From sequence record MT596505.1: a stretch of 64,000 bases of DNA. One strand, written 5' to 3'. Below are positions 20,083-29,476 of this stretch, in pieces. Position numbers and translations under genes: made by a program. The notes under the pieces were generated by a model. That model was given only the letters and a program-made list of their open reading frames with translations, did not search any database and had not been told where the DNA came from. The first letter of the stretch is position 1. Each line of letters begins with the position of its first letter. This stretch comes from Staphylococcus phage vB_SepM_BE08.

Positions 20083-20112
20083 GACATTTATATCTCCCTG
20101 TTATACAATATA
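20083..20112 (+). promoter_or_regulatory. sigma-70-like promoter (TTGACA, 17 nt, TACAAT) overlapped by an 8-bp inverted repeat (CTCCCTGT...ACAGGGAG)
   Basis: TTGACATTTATATCTCCCTGTTATACAAT. It is followed by a 32-codon ORF (20132-20230) and then MTase 1. Confidence 0.5.
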
Positions 20113-20244
20113 TCATACAGGGAGGCTTTTTATGAATAAACTAACAAAGGAAGAAGTCAAACAAATATATACAAGCACTAAGACACAAGATGACAAATAT
20201 AAAAAGAGTAGAAAGATTAAAAGAATATAAAGGAGAGTAAACTT

Positions 20245-20826
20245 ATGAGTGAAAAATATTTAACAGGAACATCTTTATCAGGAACATCAACTACAAGAGA
20301 TAGGGTAGAGAATGATTATTATGCTACTCCACCAGAGAGCACTTTAAAATTATTAGAAGTAGAGGAATTTAAGGGGAATGTATTAGAACCCTGTTGTGGA
20401 GAAGGACATATATCAGAAGTATTAAAGAAAAAAGGGTTTGAAGTACACTCCAATGATTTAATAAACAGAGGTTATGGGGAAGATAACAAAGACTTTTTAA
20501 AAGAAGGTTTTAGAACTTATGACAATATTATTACAAATCCACCTTATAAGTATGCTAAGGAATTTATTGAAAAGGCATTAAAAATAACAACAGGAAAAGT
20601 AGCTATGTTTTGTAAGATTCAATTATTAGAAGGTGTATCTAGATATGATATGTTTCAAAATTCTCCTTTAAAAACAGTCTATGTATTTACTAAAAGACAG
20701 AACCCTTGGCGTAATGGTAGTCCAGTAGATGAGAATGGTAAAAAATGGGCTAGTACAATGTGCTTTGCATGGTTTGTTTTTGAACATGGTTATGATGGAA
20801 AACCAACGATAGAATGGTTATTATAA
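20245..20826 (+). CDS. DNA N6-adenine methyltransferase (gamma-like class: motif X, then I, then IV)
   Basis: DYYATPP, then EPCCGEGHI (the AdoMet loop), then ITNPPYK (the catalytic NPPY). Confidence 0.7.
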   Translation: MSEKYLTGTSLSGTSTTRDRVENDYYATPPESTLKLLEVEEFKGNVLEPCCGEGHISEVLKKKGFEVHSNDLINRGYGEDNKDFLKEGFRTYDNIITNPPYKYAKEFIEKALKITTGKVAMFCKIQLLEGVSRYDMFQNSPLKTVYVFTKRQNPWRNGSPVDENGKKWASTMCFAWFVFEHGYDGKPTIEWLL

Positions 20827-20835
20827 AAAAAGTAT

Positions 20836-20866
20836 TGACATTGATATAAAAATGATGTAAAATAAA
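20836..20866 (+). promoter_or_regulatory. sigma-70-like promoter (TTGACA, 17 nt, TAAAAT)
   Basis: TTGACATTGATATAAAAATGATGTAAAAT, upstream of MTase 2. Confidence 0.5.
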
Positions 20867-20896
20867 GATATAATAAAAATAAAGGAGATTTAAACT

Positions 20897-21586
20897 ATGA
20901 TTAATTTATTACACGGAGATTGTATAAAACTTATTGAAAAATTAGAGGACAACAGTGTTAATGCTATTATTACAGACCCACCGTATAACATTGCAAAAAA
21001 GAATAATTTTACTACTATGGGTAGAGCAGGTATTGATTTTGGAGATTGGGATAAAGAATTTGATGAAATTGCATGGATTGAAAAAGCAATTCCTAAAATA
21101 AAAAAAGGTGGTAATATTGTAGTATTCTGTGATATGAGACAATTTACACCTATTATAGAAAAAATGGAAAGTTTAGGTTGTGAATTTAAAGATGTTATCC
21201 GTATGGTTAAGTCAAATCCTATGCCTAGAAATAGGGATAGACGTTTTATTTTTGATACAGAATTTGCATTATATTTTATTAAAAAAGGCGCTAAATGGAC
21301 TTTTAATAGATTAGATGAGAAATATGAAAGACCTTTAATTGAGACAACTGTTACACCTAAATCGCAAAAGGTCGATAAAGGACACCCAACACAGAAACCT
21401 CTATATGCTATGGAATGGTTATTAGAGAGACTTACAAATGAAGGCGATACTATTCTTGACCCGTTTATGGGTAGTGGTACTACTGGAGTAGCTTGCCAAA
21501 AATTAAATCGTGATTTTATTGGTTGTGAATTATCCGATGAATATTTTAAAATGGCACAAAAGAGATTACAATATGGACTTAAATAG
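20897..21586 (+). CDS. DNA methyltransferase, beta class N6A/N4C type (DPPY first, FxGSG near the C-terminus)
   Basis: TDPPYN at the N-terminus, LDPFMGSGTTGVAC near the C-terminus. Confidence 0.8.
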   Translation: MINLLHGDCIKLIEKLEDNSVNAIITDPPYNIAKKNNFTTMGRAGIDFGDWDKEFDEIAWIEKAIPKIKKGGNIVVFCDMRQFTPIIEKMESLGCEFKDVIRMVKSNPMPRNRDRRFIFDTEFALYFIKKGAKWTFNRLDEKYERPLIETTVTPKSQKVDKGHPTQKPLYAMEWLLERLTNEGDTILDPFMGSGTTGVACQKLNRDFIGCELSDEYFKMAQKRLQYGLK

Positions 21587-21599
21587 GAGGATAATTTAA

Positions 21600-22415
21600 A
21601 TGGAATTAAATAAAATTTATAATGAAGATTGTTTAGAGGGTATGAATAAAATACCTGATAAATCAGTAGATATGATACTTTGTGATTTACCCTATGAAGT
21701 TACTGCTTTAAAATGGGATAAGATTATACCTTTAGATAAATTATGGGAACAATATGAAAGAATTATTAAAGATAATGGTGCTATTGTTTTAACAGCTACT
21801 CAACCCTTTACAAGTAAACTTGTAATGAGTAATTCTAAATTATTTAAACATGAATGGATTTGGGAAAAACAAAAAGCAAACAACTTCATGGGTGCTAAGT
21901 ATCAACCATTAAAATATCATGAGAATATATTGGTTTTTGGTAAGGGTAAAGTAAATTATTATCCTCAGAAATATAAAGTGTTAGAAGTAGAAGAAATAAT
22001 TGAAATGAATAAAAAAGAATTAACAAACTTAATGAAAACTAGAGATTATGATAGATTTGGAAAAGTAGACAGACGTAAGACAATTAATAACTCTAAAAGT
22101 AATAAAGATTATTTAGGAACAAAAGTAACTAGAAATAGAACAAAAGATACAGGTTATAGAAATCCTAAAAGTGTTTTGAAAATTAATAAAGAGATTAATG
22201 GTTTATTACACCCTACACAAAAACCAGTAGCTTTATTTGAATACTTAATTAAAACATACTCTAACGAGGGAGATACTGTTTTAGATAACTGTATGGGAAG
22301 TGGTACTACTGCTATTGCTTGTTTAAATACTAATAGAAATTATATAGGATTTGAATTAGATGAAGAATATTATAATAAATCTTTAGATAGAATAGAAGAA
22401 CACAAAGGAGAATAA
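21600..22415 (+). CDS. second beta-class N6A/N4C DNA methyltransferase
   Basis: CDLPYE at the N-terminus, LDNCMGSGTTAIAC near the C-terminus. This gene is a paralog of 20897..21586. Confidence 0.8.
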   Translation: MELNKIYNEDCLEGMNKIPDKSVDMILCDLPYEVTALKWDKIIPLDKLWEQYERIIKDNGAIVLTATQPFTSKLVMSNSKLFKHEWIWEKQKANNFMGAKYQPLKYHENILVFGKGKVNYYPQKYKVLEVEEIIEMNKKELTNLMKTRDYDRFGKVDRRKTINNSKSNKDYLGTKVTRNRTKDTGYRNPKSVLKINKEINGLLHPTQKPVALFEYLIKTYSNEGDTVLDNCMGSGTTAIACLNTNRNYIGFELDEEYYNKSLDRIEEHKGE

Positions 22416-22419
22416 AATT

Positions 22420-22680
22420 ATGAAAAAACTATCATACAGTTTTCAAAAAGGTAATTTTTGGAGTAAGTTGTTATGGATTGTTGGATTAACATTATCTCTA
22501 ATTGTTGGTTGGTGCGTAATTGAGAGTATAGGTTTCTTCTTACAGACAACTGTAGGTACAATAGGATTGTTGTGTATTAGTCCTATTGTAGCTTTAGGTA
22601 TTATTGCTTTCAGTATTGTAAAATATCCTAGAGTACGTGAATTAGATTCTTACAGCAAATTTACACAAAAGTATTTATAG
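22420..22680 (+). CDS. small membrane protein with two TM helices
   Basis: 86-aa ORF, hydrophobic. Confidence 0.45.
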   Translation: MKKLSYSFQKGNFWSKLLWIVGLTLSLIVGWCVIESIGFFLQTTVGTIGLLCISPIVALGIIAFSIVKYPRVRELDSYSKFTQKYL

Positions 22681-22695
22681 AAGAGGAGAGAATAG

Positions 22696-23439
22696 ATGGA
22701 AAAATTAGATAAGCCTATAATACTAGAGAATGGTACAACATTTACTCATAAAGAAAAGATAAATAACAGATGGCATTATATAGGAACTTGTGGTGTATGT
22801 AACGAAGGTTATAAAGTAAGAACAAGTGATATTGACAATAAATCGAATGTCATAAAATGCCATTCAAAATGTAAAGGTAATGGCAGGGAATTACCTAATT
22901 ATATTGAGAATGATACACCTATGTATAAACACATAAATGAGGAGCTGTGGCATAATATATTAGGATTCCCAGGATATTGGGTTAATAGAAAAGGAGAAAT
23001 TCTTGGTAGAAAAGGTAAAAAATTAAAATTAGGAAAAAGCACAAAAGGTTATCCTCAAATATTTCTTAAAACAAAACAGGTTAAAAAAGGTTTTAGAATA
23101 CACAGACTTGTTGCAGAGTATTTTATTTATAATGATAATCCAGAAATAAAAAATCAAGTTAATCATATAGATGGCAACAAAGAAAACAATTCAGTAGAAA
23201 ACTTAGAATGGTGTTCTAACAAAGAAAATCATGAACATAAAATGAGAAATAATTTAAATGTTGCTTTAAAAGGTTCAGAACACCATAATAGCGTTTTAAC
23301 AGAGCAGGATGTTATAGATATATTTAAGTCTAAAGAACCATATAATAAATTAATAAAAAAATATAATATTTCTAAATCAACAATATCTTCTATAAAATGT
23401 GGAAGAAATTGGAATCATATAACAAAGGAGATAAAATAA
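22696..23439 (+). CDS. free-standing HNH homing endonuclease (NUMOD4-like N-terminal motif followed by an HNH domain)
   Basis: GYWVNRKGEI, then HRLVAEYF...NHIDGNKENNSVENLEW. Confidence 0.75.
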   Translation: MEKLDKPIILENGTTFTHKEKINNRWHYIGTCGVCNEGYKVRTSDIDNKSNVIKCHSKCKGNGRELPNYIENDTPMYKHINEELWHNILGFPGYWVNRKGEILGRKGKKLKLGKSTKGYPQIFLKTKQVKKGFRIHRLVAEYFIYNDNPEIKNQVNHIDGNKENNSVENLEWCSNKENHEHKMRNNLNVALKGSEHHNSVLTEQDVIDIFKSKEPYNKLIKKYNISKSTISSIKCGRNWNHITKEIK

Positions 23440-24032
23440 TGGTAAATTATATTAAAGATAAAGTTTGTTATCTTGGGGGGCATATACTATCTCAAGGTAT
23501 GGTAGAATATAGACAAAAACAACATGATGAAGTGGAAGGTATTATAGGTATAACACCTTATTCTCCTATTAATGATAAATCAATTAATGATAAGGAAAAT
23601 GCTGTACAAGAAGGTCTTGCAGAAAGGATTCTTAAAAATGATTTTAGAGCTATGCAAGAATCTGATATTTTTGTATTTGATGTATTAAATGAAGGTATTG
23701 GTACAATTGCTGAATTAAGTATTGTTCTAGGTATGAAACATCAAGCAGATAGAACCCTAGCATTAATTGAATCTCAATTACACTATGACCATCCAGAATA
23801 TGATAATGTACATCAAATTGCATCTGAATCTAAAAAAATATTAGAAAAACCTGTTTTAATTTATTGCTCAGATATTCGTCAAGGAAATGGTAAACCATAC
23901 TATGACCCAGATAGAGCTGAATTTAGTACGAACCAATTCGTTTATGGCATGATTTTATCATTAACCAATGGCAAAGGGTTTATGTCTTGGGAAGAGGTTA
24001 AAGAAGAATTAGAATATTTAGGAGGAAATTAA
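23439..24032 (+). CDS. nucleoside 2-deoxyribosyltransferase-like protein
   Basis: KVCYLGG... and D..NEGIGTIAELS segments resemble the NDT active-site region. Start set at the ATG at 23439, which follows AAGGAGA. Confidence 0.55.
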   Translation: MVNYIKDKVCYLGGHILSQGMVEYRQKQHDEVEGIIGITPYSPINDKSINDKENAVQEGLAERILKNDFRAMQESDIFVFDVLNEGIGTIAELSIVLGMKHQADRTLALIESQLHYDHPEYDNVHQIASESKKILEKPVLIYCSDIRQGNGKPYYDPDRAEFSTNQFVYGMILSLTNGKGFMSWEEVKEELEYLGGN

Positions 24033-24100
24033 TATGGATAATGTATCTATTGATTACTCTTTTATTATATTAAGAAATAAAAAAGAATAGAGGAGACGTT

Positions 24101-24736
24101 ATGACAGCTCAAATAATATACAATGATATACCTGTATTACTTGCTATGTTATATGGTATTTTGGTAATTGTAGGGTATATACCAGCTTTAGTATCGTTAG
24201 TAAAAGATAAAAATCTAAATGGAGTTAGTAGTAGTTTTTGGTACTTAATAAGTGTAACTGTAGGTATTAGTTTTTATAATATAATCTTAACTGGAGGAAC
24301 ACGATTTCAAGTAGTATCAATATTCTTAAACTTTCTTTTAGGTGTTGTTTGCTTACTAGTACTTAATTATCGTAAATTTAAATTTCATGGTATAGTTTAT
24401 ACAGTTATATTCTTATTAGCATTATATTTATTTTTAGGATTATTAACTAGTATAGAAATTACACAAACAGTAGCTAGTGTATCTATTGTACTAGCTTATG
24501 TAGGACAAATATATAAATTTGTTAAATCTAAATCTTCTAGTGGTACTAATAAATGGTTATACTTACTTATAGGTGTAGGTTTATTAAGTTTAGTTACAAG
24601 TATGGTTTTAACTGATGTGTCTAATCATATTATTATAACAGAATTAATTAATTTTATTTTAATATTAATTTGTTATTTTATGTCTAATTATTACTATAAA
24701 AGTGGGGTAGATATAAGTGAAAGACGAAGTAAGTAA
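24101..24736 (+). CDS. polytopic membrane protein with two PQ-loop-like repeats (SWEET/PnuC-fold transporter-like)
   Basis: About six TM helices. The PQ-like loops IPALVSLVKDKNLNGVS and VGQIYKFVKSKSSSG are spaced as in 3+1+3 TM transporters. Confidence 0.45.
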   Translation: MTAQIIYNDIPVLLAMLYGILVIVGYIPALVSLVKDKNLNGVSSSFWYLISVTVGISFYNIILTGGTRFQVVSIFLNFLLGVVCLLVLNYRKFKFHGIVYTVIFLLALYLFLGLLTSIEITQTVASVSIVLAYVGQIYKFVKSKSSSGTNKWLYLLIGVGLLSLVTSMVLTDVSNHIIITELINFILILICYFMSNYYYKSGVDISERRSK

Positions 24737-24983
24737 AATGGAAGTAATTTCAAATAATGAAATTATATTTTTAAGTACAATTAATAATATGTACATTAAA
24801 AGTGTAGATGAAGATAACATACCTATTGAATACACTAAAGATATTAAATATGCTCTATCTATACCTAATACAATTAATTTTAAAAATTCAACTAAATATT
24901 TAACTTTAATAACAAATAAATCAGTAATACCTATAAATAAAGTTACAGCTAAAACAACTACTATTACTACAGAAGAACTTTAA
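24717..24983 (+). CDS. hypothetical protein
   Basis: 88-aa ORF ending at the terminator. Confidence 0.35.
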   Translation: MKDEVSKMEVISNNEIIFLSTINNMYIKSVDEDNIPIEYTKDIKYALSIPNTINFKNSTKYLTLITNKSVIPINKVTAKTTTITTEEL

Positions 24984-25004
24984 AAAGTTCTTCTTTTTTT
25001 GTTG
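24966..25004 (+). terminator. rho-independent terminator (GAAGAACTTTAAAAAGTTCTTC followed by T7)
   Basis: Perfect hairpin followed by a T-run. Confidence 0.7.
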
Positions 25005-25061
25005 ACAACTTTATAAGTAAATGTTATAGTAGATATAAGATAAATAAAGGAGGAATTTTAA

Positions 25062-25229
25062 TTGAAACCACTTATCACATTAACACAAGAAGAAACTAAG
25101 TTATTATTAGACTACTTAGAAACATTACAAGATGATATGAGAAATTATGAAGGTATGAGAGAGCTGTATAACCATATACAATCAAAATACAAAATTTCTA
25201 AAGGTATTATAGTTGACAAAAATGAATAG
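25062..25229 (+). CDS. small protein with a TTG start (55 aa)
   Basis: A strong RBS (AAGGAGG) lies 8 nt upstream of the TTG. The ORF is absent from the track because of the non-ATG start. Confidence 0.4.
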   Translation: MKPLITLTQEETKLLLDYLETLQDDMRNYEGMRELYNHIQSKYKISKGIIVDKNE

Positions 25230-25275
25230 CTATGATATACTTAAAAAGTAATAAATTAAAAAAGGAGATATAAAT

Positions 25276-25590
25276 ATGGATAAAGTAGAACTTATTAAGC
25301 AATGGGCAAAAGACAGAAATTTACAAACAGGTAAACCTGAAGGTCAAATGTTAAAATTACTAGAAGAGGCAGGAGAATTAGCTTCAGGTATTGCTAAAAA
25401 CAACGACCATGTAACAAGAGATAGTGTTGGGGATATTTTTGTAGTACTAACAGTACTATGTTTACAGTTAGACATAGATATTGAAGAGTGCATTGATATG
25501 GCGTATGATGAGATAAAAGAAAGACGTGGAAGACTTGTAAAGGGTATATTTGTTAAGGAAGAAGATTTAGATGAAACAGACCGTTATTAA
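25276..25590 (+). CDS. mazG: MazG-like nucleotide pyrophosphohydrolase
   Basis: EEAGEL motif and the all-alpha NTP-PPase pattern. 104 aa. Confidence 0.7.
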   Translation: MDKVELIKQWAKDRNLQTGKPEGQMLKLLEEAGELASGIAKNNDHVTRDSVGDIFVVLTVLCLQLDIDIEECIDMAYDEIKERRGRLVKGIFVKEEDLDETDRY

Positions 25591-26188
25591 TATGGAAGGT
25601 AAGGAATTTAATAATCTAAAAGTTATTAGAAGAAATGGTTCAGATAATAAAGGAAAAGCCTTATGGGATGTTAAATGTCATTGTGGTAATATATTTACTA
25701 CCTCAGGTGCTTCTATCAGAAGCGGAGGAACAAAATCATGCGGTTGCTCTAGGTTAAAATCAGCTAAAAAAATGGGTAAAGATAATAAAACTCATGGAGA
25801 AACTGGTAGTAAACTCTATTCAATCTGGCACGGTATGAAAGCTAGGTGCTATAATAGTAATCATAAAAGTTATGATTACTATGGGGGTAGAGGTATAAAA
25901 GTATGTGACTCTTGGAAAAATTCTTTTGAGAACTTTAGAGATTGGTCACTCAATAACGGATACCAAAAAGAATTATCTATAGAAAGAAAAGATGTAAATG
26001 GTAACTATGAACCAGAAAATTGTAAGTGGGCTACCATGGAAGAGCAAAGCATAAATAGAAGAAATAATGTTTACTTATGGTATGAAGGTAAAGCAATGAC
26101 ACAGTCAGAAATATGCAAATTAACAGGTTTATCTAAATATAAAGTACGTAAAAATTTTAAAATCGTTAAAAGTGAAGACCTTAAATAA
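25571..26188 (+). CDS. HNH endonuclease (AP2-like plus HNH type)
   Basis: LYSIWHGMKARCYN...YGGRGIKVCDSW, followed by SIERKDVNGNYEPENCKWAT. Confidence 0.7.
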   Translation: MKQTVINMEGKEFNNLKVIRRNGSDNKGKALWDVKCHCGNIFTTSGASIRSGGTKSCGCSRLKSAKKMGKDNKTHGETGSKLYSIWHGMKARCYNSNHKSYDYYGGRGIKVCDSWKNSFENFRDWSLNNGYQKELSIERKDVNGNYEPENCKWATMEEQSINRRNNVYLWYEGKAMTQSEICKLTGLSKYKVRKNFKIVKSEDLK

Positions 26189-26310
26189 GGTTAAATTGGA
26201 TAGAAATTGTTATATTATGGGTGTATAAATAATTTATACATTCCATAATATCTTTCCTTTTCCCTTATTACTTTTGTAGTAAGGGTTTTATTTTATATTG
26301 GAGGTATATT

Positions 26311-26727
26311 ATGGATATTAAAGAATTCTTAGAAGGACAACCTAAATCAGAGTATAAGGATAAACAGAAGTTAAAAGAAAGTATTATTAATACAAGTATT
26401 GAGATTACAAAAGTAAACCTAAATGATTTCAGAGAACTAGAAAAGTTATTTGATGATTTAAAAGAATACATCCATATTTTAGAAATTAATTATGGTAAAG
26501 AAACGAATATAGAAATTCCTAGCCACTATTCAGGAACAAAAGATGTTATATCATTCTTAGAAGAACAGTTTACAGCTGAATCTTTTGTTAGCTCTATGGT
26601 GTTTAACATTGTTAAGTATACTACAAGATTAGGTAGAAAAGATGAAGAAGCAAAAGAAATAAGTAAAATTAAAAATTACTATTTAAGATTGCATAACTTT
26701 TTCTTAACAGGTGACTCACTTGGATAG
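26311..26727 (+). CDS. hypothetical protein
   Basis: 138-aa ORF with an RBS (TGGAGG). Confidence 0.5.
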   Translation: MDIKEFLEGQPKSEYKDKQKLKESIINTSIEITKVNLNDFRELEKLFDDLKEYIHILEINYGKETNIEIPSHYSGTKDVISFLEEQFTAESFVSSMVFNIVKYTTRLGRKDEEAKEISKIKNYYLRLHNFFLTGDSLG

Positions 26728-27037
26728 TCAAACATTTAATAATTTAATTTATCTATGTAAGTCTACCTTTAATAGTTTAAAAAATTATGATGTAGTAGAC
26801 CATAATGTTACAACACATGCCACTGACGAAGGGGTTAAAAACTTCTATATAGCTTATGTAAGATTAGAAGGTAACTTTATTCCAGTTCAAATTGATTTAG
26901 AAAAGTTATTAAATAATGATTCTATAGAAAATATGTATAAATATATAATTAAATGTATAAAAATAGAAATACAAAAACACTATTTTAAAACATTTAACCA
27001 AAAAATAGATATTGATAGAATTTTAGATGAGGTATAA
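26711..27037 (+). CDS. hypothetical protein
   Basis: 108-aa ORF. Confidence 0.45.
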   Translation: MTHLDSQTFNNLIYLCKSTFNSLKNYDVVDHNVTTHATDEGVKNFYIAYVRLEGNFIPVQIDLEKLLNNDSIENMYKYIIKCIKIEIQKHYFKTFNQKIDIDRILDEV

Positions 27038-27040
27038 TAT

Positions 27041-27193
27041 ATGAAAAAATTTATTATTTTATTAAGTGTGATTGTTTCAGGTTATTTATTATATAGATAC
27101 TACTATAAATCTGTATTAGAACAAGATGATATAGATACTTATTCAGATATTGATTTTAATAAAGGCGACCATATACATTTAAATAATATTTAA
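27041..27193 (+). CDS. small membrane peptide (50 aa)
   Basis: Sequence MKKFIILLSVIVSGYLLYRYYY... It is followed by a terminator hairpin (AAGGACTA..TAGTCCTT). Confidence 0.4.
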   Translation: MKKFIILLSVIVSGYLLYRYYYKSVLEQDDIDTYSDIDFNKGDHIHLNNI

Positions 27194-27315
27194 AGGACTA
27201 TTAATTTAGTCCTTTAGTATTTAATAGACGCTTAATGTTTTTGTTACTTCTTTGTAATAATTTTATGTTATATTGGTACAGTAGAAAATTTGAAGAACGA
27301 AAGGATTTTTATTTT

Positions 27316-27978
27316 ATGTTTAAAAAATTAGTAGCTCCAATTGTAGTAGCAGGAGCATTATTTACAGTAGGACACTCAGCAGATGCTAGTGAAGTTAATT
27401 TTGAAGATTTAGCTAATAAAGCTCAACATAATAGCCCTGAATTAGTACAACATCCAGTACATGCAGGAGCATACGATTATAATTTTACACGAGAAGGTAT
27501 TAATTATCATTTCTATAGTGATGGTACTCACTTTGGATATGAATGGCACAATACTTTAGTAGAAAATCCAACACAAGACCACTTAACACCTAACCCTAAT
27601 GCTACAACTAATAATACAGTAGCTAAACAAGAACAAGCACCTACACAAGAAGTAGTTAAACGAAATGAAGGTGTTAAATCTTACAGTGCACCGTCTCAAT
27701 CAACTTCATCAGTTAAACTATCAAACGGTAATACACCTGGTTCTGTAGGTTCAAGTGTAGCTCAAGAAATGGCTAAACGTACAGGCGTATCAGCTTCAAC
27801 TTGGGAACACATCATTGCCAGAGAATCTAATGGAGACCCTAATGCACACAACCCTTCAGGAGCACATGGCGTGTTACAGACGATGCCAGGATGGGGAGAT
27901 ACTTCAACAGTACAAGGACAAATCAATGCTGCTGAGAAAGCCTTTAACGCTCAAGGTTTAACAGCTTGGGGTATGTAA
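27316..27978 (+). CDS. secreted transglycosylase-like protein (IsaA/SceD-like SLT domain)
   Basis: Signal peptide MFKKLVAPIVVAGALFTVGHSADA. C-terminal segment WEHIIARESNGDPNAHNPSGAHGVLQTMPGW. Confidence 0.65.
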   Translation: MFKKLVAPIVVAGALFTVGHSADASEVNFEDLANKAQHNSPELVQHPVHAGAYDYNFTREGINYHFYSDGTHFGYEWHNTLVENPTQDHLTPNPNATTNNTVAKQEQAPTQEVVKRNEGVKSYSAPSQSTSSVKLSNGNTPGSVGSSVAQEMAKRTGVSASTWEHIIARESNGDPNAHNPSGAHGVLQTMPGWGDTSTVQGQINAAEKAFNAQGLTAWGM

Positions 27979-28068
27979 TATAAATAATTTAGACCTATGT
28001 AATTAGTTATTACATAGGTCTTTTTTGTTATATTAACCATAGATAAAAAATAGATTGGAGACATGATA

Positions 28069-28410
28069 ATGGCAAAAGTTTTAAGATTGTATGATAGTAC
28101 AGATAAGCTACTTGCAACGTCTGAAGAAGTTACTTCTAATTCAGCATCTGTTCGTATTGATGACCTTAAGCCTGATACAACTTATGAAGCTGGTGACTTT
28201 AAAGTTGCTTGGGTTATTAATGATTCAGAATCCAGTAAGATAGATGTTCCAGGATTCAAAACATTACCTTCTACAAGTGGTAATACAGATGATTCAGTAA
28301 GTCATACTTTAACATTTAACATGTTAAACTTTGATGATAATAACATCACTATAAGTGATGAAGAGCCTGAAGATAAAAATAAAATCTGGTTTAAACCAGT
28401 AGAACAATAA
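28069..28410 (+). CDS. small beta-rich protein, paralog of 29477..29755 (Fn3/Ig-like?)
   Basis: MAKVLRLYDSTDKLLATSEEV...LKPDTTYEAGDFKVA aligns with the later ORF. Confidence 0.5.
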   Translation: MAKVLRLYDSTDKLLATSEEVTSNSASVRIDDLKPDTTYEAGDFKVAWVINDSESSKIDVPGFKTLPSTSGNTDDSVSHTLTFNMLNFDDNNITISDEEPEDKNKIWFKPVEQ

Positions 28411-28429
28411 GTAAAGGGGAAATAATATA

Positions 28430-29008
28430 ATGGCAAATTTATTACCAAGTGTATTTAACAAAGAGACAGGTAAATGGGAAACAATTATTGCTAGACCTGT
28501 AGCACAAGAAGTATTTAAAATTATGAAAGAGGATTATTTAAGAAGCAAAGGTGATATTGGTTATATCTTTATTTCACATGATGAAGGGGATATGCCTGTA
28601 AATTTAATATTATTATATGATACATCTAAAACAGGAACTGAAGTAGTAGATAACCCTGAACGTGTTAAAGAAAATATTAAGTTTAATCTAGACCAATACC
28701 TATTAACTAAAAATAATAATGCTAAGCAATTCCGTATATCAGAATTCAGACAAAGAATTGAAGATTTACATTTAGTTGATATTGATTCTGAATTCTATGT
28801 AGAAGTTATAGATACTGAAGGAGAGAAACACGTTATACCTTCAACAAAAGCATTAACAAATAACTTTGAAATCACAAACGCTCTCTTAGAGGCAGGGAAT
28901 GAAATTAAAGTTAAATATTTCTACAATGGTAATCCTATAGATGACTTCATGTTAGATAAGAAAGTAACAGAAGAAAATAGAGATAGATACCCTAGTGAAT
29001 CACAATAA
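28430..29008 (+). CDS. hypothetical protein
   Basis: 192-aa ORF with an RBS (AAGGGGA). Confidence 0.55.
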   Translation: MANLLPSVFNKETGKWETIIARPVAQEVFKIMKEDYLRSKGDIGYIFISHDEGDMPVNLILLYDTSKTGTEVVDNPERVKENIKFNLDQYLLTKNNNAKQFRISEFRQRIEDLHLVDIDSEFYVEVIDTEGEKHVIPSTKALTNNFEITNALLEAGNEIKVKYFYNGNPIDDFMLDKKVTEENRDRYPSESQ

Positions 29009-29027
29009 TAAATTATTTTTTTAAAAT

Positions 29028-29066
29028 AAACTTGTAAAAATAACAAATGTATGTTATAATGTGATT
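29028..29066 (+). promoter_or_regulatory. sigma-70-like promoter (TTGTAA, 17 nt, TATAAT)
   Basis: TTGTAAAAATAACAAATGTATGTTATAAT, with no ORF downstream for about 400 nt. Confidence 0.5.
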
Positions 29067-29069
29067 ATC

Positions 29070-29415
29070 AGTATCCTAACACCTCTTAATAGTGTGAAAC
29101 ACAGGGTGCAGTTTTTACTTAAAACCTTTTAAGGTTTGACTTACTAGAGAGTACAGTAAGTTGCTTGCGTATTGGCTTTATAAATACGTGTTGGTTCCGA
29201 CATGAAGCTTCTTCATTGTCCGTACTCTATTGACCTATCTACCATGTTGTAGAAAAGGACTACATTAACGTTAATAGAAAATGACCTTAAACCTGCAATT
29301 ACTTATCATAGGAAAACTATGATAAGTCCCTGCTATATAGGTATACTTTAATCAATGTAACCTAGGGACATACGATTGAGTATACTATTATATAGTATAC
29401 ATTGCAGGTTTTTTA
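29070..29415 (+). ncRNA. candidate small or medium non-coding RNA (about 340 nt) between a promoter and a hairpin plus T6 terminator
   Basis: No ORF. Hairpins are present (ACTTACT..AGTAAGT, GTATACTAT..TAGTATAC). It ends ATTGCAGGTTTTTT. Confidence 0.3.
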
Positions 29416-29476
29416 TATAATTAATGTTATATTATCTAGTGTAAGAAAAAATATACGATAAGGGATGAATAACAAC

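Noticed and set aside
20942-21142. Minus-strand 66-aa ORF
   Set aside because: Antisense inside MTase 2.
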